This document shows, piece after piece, positions 8,824 to 19,535 of a stretch of 64,000 nt of DNA. How positions within the stretch are numbered: position 1 is the first letter of the stretch; each line of letters begins with the position of its first letter. This DNA comes from Nitrosopumilus sp. Lineage in GTDB: Archaea; Thermoproteota; Nitrososphaeria; Nitrososphaerales; Nitrosopumilaceae. Location of the stretch: assembly GCA_965197525.1 (NCBI GenBank), contig OZ240211.1, positions 1,024,001 to 1,088,000 of the forward strand. The letters run 5' to 3'. The notes under the pieces are model-generated. The model ran no database searches. It was given only the letters and a program-made list of their open reading frames with translations, and was not told where the DNA came from. A program made the position numbers and the translations under genes.

Positions 8824-9443
8824 ACACTGTTCATTATTCGTATAACAGGTTTCCAACTTTTACGTATAAAATTAGGCATGATACGGTTTTGATTATAAAA
8901 CATGGTAGTAAAATTCACAGTTTTTGCATCAGAGGGATAACCGCTTCCAAGATTATTGTAATCTTTTCTTAATTTCGTTATTGCCCTATCACGCGTTACT
9001 TTGGCAAGAATAGATGCTGCAGATACCACTACAAACCTACTGTCTGCGTGATGATACGATCTAATCTTGTAGTTGCCAGATAGACTAGAGATCTTTCGCC
9101 CAAATCTCAACGGGTTAACATCACATGAATCAACATAGGAGACATCAGGATGCAGTTTTGAGACAACCCTTGCCATGTATTTTGCCTCTAGATCGTTTAG
9201 GCCGTGTTTTTTAACACTAGCGTCAATGGAACGAGGAGGAATCCTTACAACATGATAATCATCAACAGTGCGGATAATTTTTTTGTAAAAGTACTCACGT
9301 AGTCGTGGAGAGAGTTGTTTTGAGTCTTTAAGACCAAGTGAGGATAGTCTCTTCAAGTTTTTCTTATCTATTGAGACCCCAGCTATAACGAGAGGGCCAA
9401 GCATGGAACCTCTGCCCGCATCATCAACGCCACAAATTTGCAC
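8820..9443 (-). CDS. rnhB: Ribonuclease HII
   Basis: CGVDDAGRG, LKDSK, AASILAKV, GSGYPSD; probable GTG start 9443. Confidence 0.95.
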   Translation of the reverse strand: MQICGVDDAGRGSMLGPLVIAGVSIDKKNLKRLSSLGLKDSKQLSPRLREYFYKKIIRTVDDYHVVRIPPRSIDASVKKHGLNDLEAKYMARVVSKLHPDVSYVDSCDVNPLRFGRKISSLSGNYKIRSYHHADSRFVVVSAASILAKVTRDRAITKLRKDYNNLGSGYPSDAKTVNFTTMFYNQNRIMPNFIRKSWKPVIRIMNSV

Positions 9444-9503
9444 GAATTTTATCTCAAGACACAAGTATTAAACCGTTAGACAATTGAAGAGAGTGAAAAA
9501 CAG

Positions 9504-10655
9504 TTGAAAATTCCTGACGAAACGCTACAAGAGATAACAGAAGGCACGACAAAGATTTTGGTTCCAAAAAAATCAATGACGGATATAGTGCCTCCAAAAA
9601 AACCAGCGTTCTTTAATCCAAGAGCAAGGGTAAACAGAGACATATCAATAGTTGCGTATGCTGCATTTCTTGACAAGTTTAAAGGACCAAAAATCTTCTT
9701 AGATGGACTATCAGGAATCGGTCCAAGAGGGCTACGAGTTGCAAACGAGTTAAAGAAGATTGAAGAGGTAACAATCAATGATCTAAATCCATCTGCACTT
9801 AGAATTGCAGAATATTCAGCAAAACTCAACGGATTAAAAAATATAAGGTTCTCTGAAAATGAGATATGCCGATTTCTAAGCAGCCATGCAAAGAAAGGAG
9901 AGCGAGGCTCAATAATAGACGTTGATCCATTTGGTTCTCCTGCACCGTTCTTTGACTGTGGTATAAGAGCAACTATGCACGGTGGCATACTGTCTACAAC
10001 AGCAACTGATCTTCAAGTGTTAAACGGGTTATTTCAGGATGCGTGTAAGAGAAGATACGGAGGTACGCCAATCAGAGTAGAATATGGAGACGAGATGGCA
10101 ATTAGGTTAATTCTTGGCTGTCTTGGAACAACATCTGCAAGACTGGGAGTTACAATGATGCCATTGTTTGTAGAAAGCGAGATGCACTACTATAGAACAT
10201 ATGTCAAGATTCTAAATCGGCCAGACCAACAAAACAATCTAGGATACATCCTTCATTGTAAAAACTGTAAACACAGAAAGGTTGGACTGCAACAAGATCA
10301 AGAGTGTGAATTGTGCAAGTCAAAAATCAGTATTGCAGGACCGTTATGGATTGGGAAGATTTTCGAGAAGGAATTCATTGAATGTATGTTGCTACAGGTA
10401 CCTAACCTTCAAGTGGATAAGGTATGTAAAAAAACACTTGACAAATGTCTTGAGGAATCTGAGATGCCCGGAACATACTTCACATTAGATGAAGTGGCAG
10501 CAGAAATGAAAGGATCACCTCCAAAGTTAGAATATGCAATATCAGGTTTACAAAAAAATAATTTTCAAGCAAGTGTTACATCTTTTAGTCCAACAGGATT
10601 TAGAACCAATGCCAACATTGATGAGATAATCCAAGTTTTCAGGACTGTCCAGTAA
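9504..10655 (+). CDS. trm1: tRNA (guanine26-N2)-dimethyltransferase Trm1
   Basis: FFNP..NRD, DVDPFGSP, TATD, GPLWIG, SPTGFRTNA. Confidence 0.93.
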   Translation: MKIPDETLQEITEGTTKILVPKKSMTDIVPPKKPAFFNPRARVNRDISIVAYAAFLDKFKGPKIFLDGLSGIGPRGLRVANELKKIEEVTINDLNPSALRIAEYSAKLNGLKNIRFSENEICRFLSSHAKKGERGSIIDVDPFGSPAPFFDCGIRATMHGGILSTTATDLQVLNGLFQDACKRRYGGTPIRVEYGDEMAIRLILGCLGTTSARLGVTMMPLFVESEMHYYRTYVKILNRPDQQNNLGYILHCKNCKHRKVGLQQDQECELCKSKISIAGPLWIGKIFEKEFIECMLLQVPNLQVDKVCKKTLDKCLEESEMPGTYFTLDEVAAEMKGSPPKLEYAISGLQKNNFQASVTSFSPTGFRTNANIDEIIQVFRTVQ

Positions 10656-11241
10656 AGCCCAGACAGACATAGTATAGCTCACTGCTCTGTTTTCTACTAG
10701 CCTTGGGTTTTGTAAGATTAATTCTTAGAAATTTTTTCTTGACATAGTCTTTAAACTCCATGGAGTATTCACCGTCAAATATCTTGAAAATCGCATTTCC
10801 TTTATGTGCTAAAACTTTGTCCATAATTTTGGCGCAACTGTAGTTCAAAGAGATCTGCTTGGCATGATCAACTGACCAATTTCCACTAACCTGAGGAGAA
10901 AGATCACAGATCACAGCGTTGACTTTGCGCCCAAAATAAGACATTATCTCGTCGACTACGTGTTCACAATCATCAATATCCTCTCGAATGATGTAGGCAT
11001 TCGGAATCTCTTCTACATATGATAGGTCAATGCCCATCACACGCCCTTGATTTCCCACTAGCTTTACTGCCATTTGGGTCCACCCGCCGGGAGCACAGCC
11101 AAGATCCAAGACGTTGAAACCCGGTCCAACTATACGATATGACTGATTCAATTCTTTTAACTTGTATGCAGCACGACTGCGATAACCTTGCTCATGTGCT
11201 AATTTGCGATAATAATCCTTACGTGCATCTATGAGTTTCAT
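10639..11241 (-). CDS. rlmE: 23S rRNA 2'-O-methyltransferase RlmE/FtsJ
   Basis: GYRSRAAYKL, LDLGCAPGGW, KPKASR..SSELY. Confidence 0.95.
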   Translation of the reverse strand: MKLIDARKDYYRKLAHEQGYRSRAAYKLKELNQSYRIVGPGFNVLDLGCAPGGWTQMAVKLVGNQGRVMGIDLSYVEEIPNAYIIREDIDDCEHVVDEIMSYFGRKVNAVICDLSPQVSGNWSVDHAKQISLNYSCAKIMDKVLAHKGNAIFKIFDGEYSMEFKDYVKKKFLRINLTKPKASRKQSSELYYVCLGFTGQS

Positions 11242-12458
11242 TTAGACTTCACAGGTTTTTTCAGTTCAAGAATTACCCAATCTTCAATAAGTTGACAAGT
11301 TTTAGGGCTTATCTCACCATCAAGCGAGCATTTTTGCTCTACAGGACATACTAGACATGGTGCATTCTCAATGGATTGTGTACTAATTGGTGTCTTTTTT
11401 AAAATTAATTTATAGGTCCAACGATTATTCTCAAGAAGCTTTTCTCGTGTGATTGTCCCCATTCTTTCAAGTTTTAAGGCTAAGCGAGAACCATCACGAC
11501 CTGTAAGTTTGAGTTTCTTCCACAACTCAGTTTGAAACATTCCACTAGATTCACGTTCTGCAAGAATGTCACAGACCTTGTTTGTCAACCGTTCCATGTC
11601 AACTTTTTCAATTTGAAAGTTTTCGATCTCTTCATCAGAGAGCTGTTCTTCTAGCTCTTCTTCTAGTGTCTTTTCAGCTTCTCTTTTAGCATCTGCCAAT
11701 TCTTGTTTAGTTAATTTTTTTGCTTTAACAGGCTTTTCTGGCGTTTGAGTAGATTTTTTGGCTGTTGTTTTTTTGGCGGGTTTCTTTGATTCTGCTTTTT
11801 TGGTTTGTTTTGGTTTTTTAGTTGGTTTTGATGAAGAAGATGTAGATTTCTTTGATTCTGCTTTTTTGGTTTGTTTTGGTTTTTTAGTTGGTTTTGATGA
11901 AGAAGATGTAGATTTCTTTGATTCTGCTTTTTTGGTTTGTTTTGGTTTTTTAGTTGGTTTTGATGAAGAAGATGTAGATTTCTTTGATTCTGCTTTTTTG
12001 GTTTGTTTTGGTTTTTTAGTTGGTTTTGATTTAGATTCTTTGCTTGTAGATGGTGATGTAGTAGATTTTTTGGCTGTTGTTTTTTTGGCGGGTTTCTTTG
12101 ATTCTGCTTTTTTGGTTTGTTTTGGTTTTTTAGTTGGTTTTGATGAAGAAGATGTAGATTTCTTTGATTCTGCTTTTTTGGTTTGTTTTGGTTTTTTAGT
12201 TGGTTTTGATGAAGAAGATGTAGATTTCTTTGATTCTGCTTTTTTGGTTTGTTTTGGTTTTTTAGTTGGTTTTGATTTAGATTCTTTGCTTGTAGATGGT
12301 GATGTAGTAGATTTTTTGGCTGTTGTTTTTTTGGCGGGTTTTGTTGTAGTTTTTGATGAATCCTGTGCACTCTGTGATCTGGTTAACCCAATAGGATCAG
12401 CTGTAGCTGAGTCCTTACCTATACTACTACCGGTCAAAGCATCTCTTTTCTGTACCAC
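11238..12458 (-). CDS. TFEbeta/RPC34-like protein (wHTH + Cys4 Fe-S motif) with long Lys-rich repeat N-terminus
   Basis: GMFQTELWKKLKL..LERMG wHTH and APCLVCPVEQKC..ISPKTC..IEDW C-terminal motif. Confidence 0.75.
   Translation of the reverse strand: MVQKRDALTGSSIGKDSATADPIGLTRSQSAQDSSKTTTKPAKKTTAKKSTTSPSTSKESKSKPTKKPKQTKKAESKKSTSSSSKPTKKPKQTKKAESKKSTSSSSKPTKKPKQTKKAESKKPAKKTTAKKSTTSPSTSKESKSKPTKKPKQTKKAESKKSTSSSSKPTKKPKQTKKAESKKSTSSSSKPTKKPKQTKKAESKKSTSSSSKPTKKPKQTKKAESKKPAKKTTAKKSTQTPEKPVKAKKLTKQELADAKREAEKTLEEELEEQLSDEEIENFQIEKVDMERLTNKVCDILAERESSGMFQTELWKKLKLTGRDGSRLALKLERMGTITREKLLENNRWTYKLILKKTPISTQSIENAPCLVCPVEQKCSLDGEISPKTCQLIEDWVILELKKPVKSK
11749..12340 (-). repeat. Higher-order coding tandem repeat
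   Basis: 7 copies of KPTKKPKQTKKAESK, 5 KSTSSSS linkers and 3 KPAKKTTAKKS blocks, apparently identical at DNA level. Confidence 0.92.
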
Positions 12459-12514
12459 TATATATCACCATATCTCTTGATTCATTTTCTTATCTATCAA
12501 TCTCTATTTCATTC

Positions 12515-12967
12515 CTATTTAACAGTAAATAATCCTCTTCCATTAATCATATCTAATTCTTTTGAAACGATTTCTACAACTAATTCATAAGAACCAGGCG
12601 TCTGGACGACTTCAGAAAATTCTAGTGGATGCATCATATCTGGTGCACTAACACATTGATCAAAAAATCCATTCTGAACTACTACAGTATCACTTGTAGT
12701 ATCATAGATTGTGACATATATATCTCCACAGCTAAATGATGGATGAGCAATTTGCAATGCAATCTCTACTGGTTCTGAGGTAGTGTACTCTTCAGATAAT
12801 CCAATTATTCCAACTAAAGTGTCAGATGTAGAGTGTCCACTTCCAAACTGCCACATATTTAATTCTCTGCCAGGTTGCTCAACTATACCGTTTAGCACTA
12901 CAGCACCCAAAAATATTGAAAAGATTACAGGAAGCACAAATACAACAAAAACTCTCATAGTAGCCAT
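12515..12967 (-). CDS. Hypothetical membrane-anchored protein
   Basis: N-terminal hydrophobic helix; 150 aa. Confidence 0.65.
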   Translation of the reverse strand: MATMRVFVVFVLPVIFSIFLGAVVLNGIVEQPGRELNMWQFGSGHSTSDTLVGIIGLSEEYTTSEPVEIALQIAHPSFSCGDIYVTIYDTTSDTVVVQNGFFDQCVSAPDMMHPLEFSEVVQTPGSYELVVEIVSKELDMINGRGLFTVK

Positions 12968-13069
12968 TTTACTTTAAGTGACATAATTCCCTTATATCTA
13001 TTTAGTAAAATCTGTCAAAGGTAAGTGTTTGACGAATGAGTTAAATCGTAGTCAACTAAGTATTGATAG

Positions 13070-15163
13070 ATGAGGCTTAGAAAATTCAGAGTAAAGGCAT
13101 ATCGTTGCATTCATGATTCAGGAGAGATCACGGTAGGTGATCTAGCTGCCTTTGTGGGAAGAAACGAGAGTGGAAAGACCACAATTCTTCAGGCATTAAC
13201 ACTGTTAAACAAAGATGAAAAAGTCTCAGAGTTAGATCTTTGTGATGAGATGGTCGAAGAGTTAAAAGAGGAGGTAAGATTAGCAGAAGGGGAATTTGAG
13301 TTAAACCAGCACGAGCGTAATATAATTAAACAAAAGTTTCCAGGTTTAGCGGACGTTAAAAAAATTAAGCTAGTGCGAACAAATCAAAGCCCAAAAATCC
13401 AGTATGAATTTGAAGATATTGAACTCGATGAAAGTGAGAATGCAGGGATCAATTCTTGGGAGAATTTCACAAGGCAGATATTTGGATTCTTAGATACCAT
13501 TCCAAATCACTTGAGAATACAAGTAGATACGAGCTTCTTTGATGGCGGTGTTCCAAAAAATCAAGAGGTATTTGAGAGAGAGATGGCAGAATTTAGCAAT
13601 CGTTTTCATGTACTGGCTACTCAAGAACGTAGGGTCATTGAAGAATGGGAAAAGATCTATCAAGATCCTGAGAATCAATTCACAAATCTTCTAAGCGGCA
13701 GTAGTGAAAAGACAGCATTACAAAATTTTGTTGCATCAGAGTTGCACCCACGATTTGTCTACTTTTCAGATTACAAGAAAATATACGGCAACATCAACCT
13801 CAATGAATACATCAGAGAGACAACTGGTGAGCGTGGAGATTCAATCGAGTATATTGAAGAGTTTGACAAGGCAGAGACGGTAAGAAACCTCTTTTATTTG
13901 GCAGAGCTGGACATAAGAGAACTAGATAACGTAAAAAATAGTCCGTCAAAATGTATCAAGCTGCTCAACACAGCAAGTAGCAGATTATCTAAAAAACTGA
14001 ATCCCGCATGGAAAGGAGATCCTATTTATGTTGATTTGAGGTATAATCCGGGTAATATAATGAGTGTAGTAATTTCAGATGTTCATAGAGATGGCACTAT
14101 TACAAATACAGGGCTATTAAATAGAAGAGCAGAAGGTTTCAAATGGACATTTTCGTTTATAGTAAACTTTGCAGCAGAGACACAGAGAGCAGAACTAAAA
14201 GAGGCAATACTGCTTTTAGATGAACCAGCAAGAAATCTTCATCCTACTCAACAAATGGGAATCTCAGAGTTGCTGAAGAATTTGGCAGGATCAAACCAAG
14301 TTTTGTATGCTACACATTCGCCATTTATGATATTTGATTATACTCCAGGTAATCTGCTGGTCGTAGAGTTGGATAAAAGAAAACATCTCAGTAGGATATT
14401 TTACGACTACTGGAATGCTGATGATAAGACACTGACACCGGTTTTGTATGGGTTGTGCAGAGGACAAGTTGAGTCTATTGTAGACAGAGCGATTGGAGCA
14501 AACTCTAGACCAGTAATAATTGTAGAGACAATGTCTGATTCTATGTATCTGAACGCATTTGACAAATTATTACAAGATCCAAACATATCAATGAATCCAC
14601 TCAATGTTGTTGCAGCGCATAGTAAAAATTCGGTTCTCCCGCTTGCGATATTTTACAGGAATCACGGTTACAAGACATTTATCTTGCTAGATAATTCAGA
14701 AGAGTCAAAACATATTACAGCACAGCTGAGTTCGAATGATTTTTCAAGATTTCAGATCATCTTCTTTGAGAAAGAAGGAAAGAAGATAGACTCAATTGAA
14801 GAATATATGACTCTGGAGGATTATGTGTATCCAGTGAATCAAACGTATGAGATAAAGTTAAGAGATGAGGGTTTCTCAAACATTACGCCCCAAGACGTAT
14901 TGGTAAAAGACGGTAGAGGAATGTTAGATAAATTAAATAGCATATGGCGAGATAATGCAGAGAACGACTGGGGCGAATTTAACAATGAAGATATTACAAG
15001 GTATATTTGTGAAAAGATCGCATTAGGAGAGACTGATTTTATATCAGATAAGACAAAAGACCAATTCAGAACACTATACCGACTAATTGCTGAAAGAATA
15101 AGACAATATCAAAACATCTCTACAAAATCGGAATTGGATAAATTTCAAAAAGGAGATGGGTGA
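13070..15163 (+). CDS. ABC/AAA ATPase with TOPRIM-like C-terminus (OLD-family-like)
   Basis: Walker A GRNESGKTT, Walker B LLLDEP, NLHP, THSPF; VIIVETMSD and LLDN. Confidence 0.75.
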   Translation: MRLRKFRVKAYRCIHDSGEITVGDLAAFVGRNESGKTTILQALTLLNKDEKVSELDLCDEMVEELKEEVRLAEGEFELNQHERNIIKQKFPGLADVKKIKLVRTNQSPKIQYEFEDIELDESENAGINSWENFTRQIFGFLDTIPNHLRIQVDTSFFDGGVPKNQEVFEREMAEFSNRFHVLATQERRVIEEWEKIYQDPENQFTNLLSGSSEKTALQNFVASELHPRFVYFSDYKKIYGNINLNEYIRETTGERGDSIEYIEEFDKAETVRNLFYLAELDIRELDNVKNSPSKCIKLLNTASSRLSKKLNPAWKGDPIYVDLRYNPGNIMSVVISDVHRDGTITNTGLLNRRAEGFKWTFSFIVNFAAETQRAELKEAILLLDEPARNLHPTQQMGISELLKNLAGSNQVLYATHSPFMIFDYTPGNLLVVELDKRKHLSRIFYDYWNADDKTLTPVLYGLCRGQVESIVDRAIGANSRPVIIVETMSDSMYLNAFDKLLQDPNISMNPLNVVAAHSKNSVLPLAIFYRNHGYKTFILLDNSEESKHITAQLSSNDFSRFQIIFFEKEGKKIDSIEEYMTLEDYVYPVNQTYEIKLRDEGFSNITPQDVLVKDGRGMLDKLNSIWRDNAENDWGEFNNEDITRYICEKIALGETDFISDKTKDQFRTLYRLIAERIRQYQNISTKSELDKFQKGDG

Positions 15164-15243
15164 GATACAAAAATTGCTTATAAAAAACACGAAACAAGAT
15201 AGTACAAATATGTGTAGGAGTATAGGTAAATGAGTGATGCTCA

Positions 15244-17439
15244 ATGATGTATGTGAACAGATTTATCACTACTGCGACTATGACTATTACCACTAAACGA
15301 ATTCTTATTTCAGCAGCGGTGCTACTAGTGATGTTTTCATTCACATTAACGATATCTGAGCCTACAGATGCGTATGCTGAAGGAGCTACAATGACAAGCA
15401 TTGCACTAGAAGAGACGATAGTATTGGAACTAACAAATGATTCAGATGTGGGTATAGTCATGTTAAGAATTTGGCCTGAACCGGACTTTAATTTTCAATC
15501 ATTCAAGACTGAGAGAGGATGGGCAGGGGTAAAGAATTCGGTGGGCGTAATTATATTTACAACAACAGAGCCAATAGGACCTTCAGAGTCAGTAAAGTTT
15601 GGAGTAAAGACGGACAGACCTATTCAAAATATCAATTGGAAGGCATTAGACGGCCAAGAAAATATCATAGGTCTAGAGAAACTATTCCTAACTCAGATGC
15701 CTACAAGTGGTGATAAGGATACGCAGGATCCCATAATACCAAATAAACAGGTAGAACAAGGGGTAACTAGCGAATCAACGTTCAGAATAATTCCAGAGAG
15801 ACCAAATGTTGGCTCACCGATTAGAGTAACAGGAGAAGAGTTTGGTCCATCAGAAAAGTTTTCTTTTCATATTAATGACAAACAGATTGGTACCTTTACT
15901 ACAAACGAAGATGGTAACTTTATGACCACAATGAAGATTCCTGATGATCAAGAGGCAGACAGAACAGAGTTCATAGTAAGAGATCAAGAAGGAGAGGAGA
16001 AGACCTTGAGTATCAGGATAACTGATGTCCCTGACAGAACTGTTCCCTCACATAGCATTCCGCTTACGATAAATGGAATTCCAAATGTTGTTTATCAAGG
16101 CGACCTTTTGAATATTTTTGGAACCGGAAACCCCGGCAGTGCGATAACTGCGATAATCACTACGCCTACAGGTGAGATTATCAATTCTAGAACAGCAGAG
16201 ATAGATAGCAAGGGGGACTGGAAGATAGATGAGCCGGTAATTGTATCAGCAGATAGTCAATTTGGCTTGTACACTGCAACAATTACTGACGGACGAGAAA
16301 GTAAACAAATTACATGGACCGTTGAATCAGATAAGAAGATTCTCATCCAGCCAACTAATATAAGATTTGAACGGGGAGATACCATATCATTTAATGGTAC
16401 GGCAGTACCCAACAAACCAATTGACTTGACATTAGAAGATCCTCTTGGAACAGAGATTGGTTCAAGGATCATACAAGTAAATAATGCAGGTGATGTGACA
16501 GTAGAATTTCCAACTATACCAAGCATAGATGAAGGAACGTATACATTGATTGCGGTTCAAGACGGACGTACAGAGTTTGTTTATGTAGGAGTAGGAGAGT
16601 TGCCAGTAACGCCAATCAGATTTGAGTTTGATAAACTAAATTATAAAAAAGGAGATACGGCAATAATCACACTATCAGGCAAGAAATCAGATACTATTGA
16701 TTTGGTGATAATTGATACGTCTGATAGGCCAAAAGGAAATTCGACATCAATTAAATTGCAGTCAGATGGACGTGCAACGCACGGTATAAAATTAGATGAC
16801 TATAAAACCGGAGTGTATACTGCAGTTGTCAGCAAGGGCGGCACCCAGAGTGAAAAAACGTTCACAGTAGGCCTAAAGACAACATTTGGAGAGATTGACA
16901 TAAACACCACAAAGACAGAGTATACTAAAGGAGACCCAATACTGATTTTAGGAAGTGTGGATGGTCCTCATGCTCTTCTTACAATAAGCATGATAAACCC
17001 TGCAGGGGAGACAGTAAAGAGTATAGAGACGTTTTCAGATTTAAATGGAAAGATATCTGATGATTCGTTTAGAATTCCAGTAGATGCGGAGATAGGAGAG
17101 TGGACAATTAAAGCACAAGGCGCATCAAGTTTCCATAATGTTAGTATTCAGGTACAAGCGGATATTACAGAAGGAGTAGTAATAGATGTAAGAGATAGTG
17201 ATTTATCTACAGGACAGAACAGAATTATAGATATTCATGTATCTGGTGCAAAAGACAAAGTGCGCATGGAGATTATAGCAGCAGACGGCGAGGTGGTAGC
17301 CATACTAGAAGGGAGCATAACTAATAACGGCGATCACGCTCAACCATGGTCCATTCCAGATAATATTGTACCTGGAACATACAGGATCACAGTCACAGAT
17401 CATCGCACCAGTAATGAAACAACTTTTGAGATTCAATAA
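15244..17439 (+). CDS. Large exported beta-rich (Ig-like repeat) protein
   Basis: Signal-peptide-like N-terminus; repeated G-x-Y/W-T beta-strand modules; 731 aa. Confidence 0.7.
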   Translation: MMYVNRFITTATMTITTKRILISAAVLLVMFSFTLTISEPTDAYAEGATMTSIALEETIVLELTNDSDVGIVMLRIWPEPDFNFQSFKTERGWAGVKNSVGVIIFTTTEPIGPSESVKFGVKTDRPIQNINWKALDGQENIIGLEKLFLTQMPTSGDKDTQDPIIPNKQVEQGVTSESTFRIIPERPNVGSPIRVTGEEFGPSEKFSFHINDKQIGTFTTNEDGNFMTTMKIPDDQEADRTEFIVRDQEGEEKTLSIRITDVPDRTVPSHSIPLTINGIPNVVYQGDLLNIFGTGNPGSAITAIITTPTGEIINSRTAEIDSKGDWKIDEPVIVSADSQFGLYTATITDGRESKQITWTVESDKKILIQPTNIRFERGDTISFNGTAVPNKPIDLTLEDPLGTEIGSRIIQVNNAGDVTVEFPTIPSIDEGTYTLIAVQDGRTEFVYVGVGELPVTPIRFEFDKLNYKKGDTAIITLSGKKSDTIDLVIIDTSDRPKGNSTSIKLQSDGRATHGIKLDDYKTGVYTAVVSKGGTQSEKTFTVGLKTTFGEIDINTTKTEYTKGDPILILGSVDGPHALLTISMINPAGETVKSIETFSDLNGKISDDSFRIPVDAEIGEWTIKAQGASSFHNVSIQVQADITEGVVIDVRDSDLSTGQNRIIDIHVSGAKDKVRMEIIAADGEVVAILEGSITNNGDHAQPWSIPDNIVPGTYRITVTDHRTSNETTFEIQ

Positions 17440-17464
17440 ATAATATCAAACAATTTTATTTCCC

Positions 17465-17995
17465 TTGGACTGGTTTGATATTGTGAATCTGAAAGATATA
17501 ATAAAAGAGTATCAAGATTTTCCAAAAAAAGGCATATTATTTAGAGATTTTAGTCCAGTGCTAAGAGACCCAACAGCACTATCATTTATTGCAGATGAAT
17601 TTACCAAGCATTTTGATCCAAAAGATGTAGATATGTTTGTAGGAGTCGAGTCACGTGGGTTTATTCTAGCATCGATTTTAGCCTCAAGGTACAACAAGGG
17701 CATGGTAATGATTAGAAAAGCAGGCAAGTTACCCGGAGAGACTGCAAAGATATCATATACCATAGAGTATGGAGAAGATACGATAGAGATTCAAAAAAAT
17801 ATAATCAGAGACGGGGAACGGATAGTCATATGCGACGATCTGCTTGCAACCGGCGGAACTGCAAAGGCTACTGCTGAACTAGTCGAAAAGGCAGGTGGAA
17901 GTATTTCAGGCTTGTTGTTCATAATCGAGCTGACAGAACTTGACGGAATCAAAAAAATTGACAACTATATTTGCAAATCATTGGTGAAATACTAG
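17465..17995 (+). CDS. apt: Adenine phosphoribosyltransferase
   Basis: [33 protein letters not shown]; start may be GTG 17483. Confidence 0.95.
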   Translation: MDWFDIVNLKDIIKEYQDFPKKGILFRDFSPVLRDPTALSFIADEFTKHFDPKDVDMFVGVESRGFILASILASRYNKGMVMIRKAGKLPGETAKISYTIEYGEDTIEIQKNIIRDGERIVICDDLLATGGTAKATAELVEKAGGSISGLLFIIELTELDGIKKIDNYICKSLVKY

Positions 17996-18786
17996 TGGAC
18001 AAAGACGTAGAGATTGGGATATTTGGCGGAACCGGAATCTATGATCCAGGCTTATTGGAAAATTCGCATGGGATAGACGTGGATACGCCTTTTGGAAAGC
18101 CCTCAGATACAATAACAGTTGGAACCTTTAACAAAAGAAAGATTGCATTTCTTCCAAGACATGGGAAGAACCATACCATTCCACCACATATGATTAATTT
18201 TAAAGCAAATATTTGGGCATTCAAAGAACTCGGAGTTACAAGAATTATAGCACCGTCAGCAGTAGGAAGCCTGAGAGAAGAGTTAGAACCAGGACATTTT
18301 GCACTGCCTACACAGTTCTTAGATTTTACAAAATCAAGGGATGGTTCGTTCTCAAAAGAAGGTCAAGTTATTCATATTTCAGTTGCAGATCCCTTTTGCC
18401 CAGAACTGCAGTCATCAGTACTAAAAGTAACCAAAGCCCAGGATATGAAGATGCATACGGATTGTATATATGTCTGCATTGAAGGTCCGCGGTTCTCAAC
18501 TAAAGCCGAATCAAAATTTTTCAGGCATCTAGACGCTGATATTATTGGAATGACGCTTGTACCAGAATGTCAGCTGGCAAGGGAGGCACAGATGTGCTAT
18601 GTATCCATCTCGACTGTTACAGATTATGACGTCTGGGCAGAAAAACCAGTGACTGCAAAAGAAGTCTTAGAGACACTCTCAAAGAATGTAAAGAAGACAA
18701 AACAGGTACTAGCACAGCTAATAGATGTAATTCCTGAGAGTAGAGGTTGTGCATGTTCTAGAGCTCTGGATGATGCAGAGTTCTAG
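17995..18786 (+). CDS. mtnP: S-methyl-5'-thioadenosine phosphorylase
   Basis: GIFGGTG, FLPRHG, SAVGSL, EGPRFST.AE, GMT..PE, VTDYD. Confidence 0.93.
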   Translation: MDKDVEIGIFGGTGIYDPGLLENSHGIDVDTPFGKPSDTITVGTFNKRKIAFLPRHGKNHTIPPHMINFKANIWAFKELGVTRIIAPSAVGSLREELEPGHFALPTQFLDFTKSRDGSFSKEGQVIHISVADPFCPELQSSVLKVTKAQDMKMHTDCIYVCIEGPRFSTKAESKFFRHLDADIIGMTLVPECQLAREAQMCYVSISTVTDYDVWAEKPVTAKEVLETLSKNVKKTKQVLAQLIDVIPESRGCACSRALDDAEF

Positions 18787-18802
18787 TTAGGTAGTCAGTC
18801 AG

Positions 18803-19090
18803 TTAGTCATCAACAAACGATTCTTTTTTCAATCCTTTTGGAAGAGTCAGGTCACCTTGCAGCAGTTTTTTCTGCAGCGACATGACAACATCATCAACAT
18901 CATAACCTAATTTTTTCAGTTCGTTTTGGGTGGTATCAGACAGTTTTGCGCCAACGTTCTGCCCTCCTATTCTTCCAAATGCAATAGCAGTAAAGCGAAA
19001 TTTGTGAACATCATCTACAGTAAAACTACCAGTAATCTTGGCTGCCATCTGGCTCCCGTGAACATTATTAATGTGAATTAGAATTTCCAT
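18803..19090 (-). CDS. Conserved hypothetical protein
   Basis: 95-aa ORF, operon-like packing. Confidence 0.65.
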   Translation of the reverse strand: MEILIHINNVHGSQMAAKITGSFTVDDVHKFRFTAIAFGRIGGQNVGAKLSDTTQNELKKLGYDVDDVVMSLQKKLLQGDLTLPKGLKKESFVDD

Positions 19091-19097
19091 ACCAAAG

Positions 19098-19535
19098 TTA
19101 GATCTCTACTGCTCGGTTGATATTATCATCGATTAAAAAGCTCCAGTGTGTGTCGTCCTTAATTTTAAAATTATCAACATTCAAAGAGAGTACTTTTTCA
19201 TCCAAGCATTCATGCTTGAGCTGTCCGTCTTGCTTTAGTTTTACCAGCTTCCACTTGTATTTGCTTTGTTGCAGTTTGCATACAGACACGGCCCATTTTG
19301 CATCAGGGTCTATCTTTGGCATTCCTACCAAATCTGCAATCTCTTCAATGCCTAGCTGTTTCTCCTCGCAGAATCGCTTTTTACAGACGCCGCACCGCCA
19401 CACATCAACTGAGCCGATGGTGCGTTCGTCAATGTTGATATTTACTACGCCATAGTAGACCGGCTGATGTTTACAAGTTTCAGTATCCAATGTTGTAAAA
19501 CCATCACTAGTATTATTTAGTCCTTGCATCATCAT
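19098..19535 (-). CDS. Hypothetical Cys-containing protein
   Basis: CKH..CGVC motifs; overlaps the upstream gene. Confidence 0.65.
   Translation of the reverse strand: MMMQGLNNTSDGFTTLDTETCKHQPVYYGVVNINIDERTIGSVDVWRCGVCKKRFCEEKQLGIEEIADLVGMPKIDPDAKWAVSVCKLQQSKYKWKLVKLKQDGQLKHECLDEKVLSLNVDNFKIKDDTHWSFLIDDNINRAVEI

Noticed and set aside
11711-12480. Alternative-frame ORFs 11711..12370 and 11758..12480
   Set aside because: Stop-free shadows of the tandem repeat
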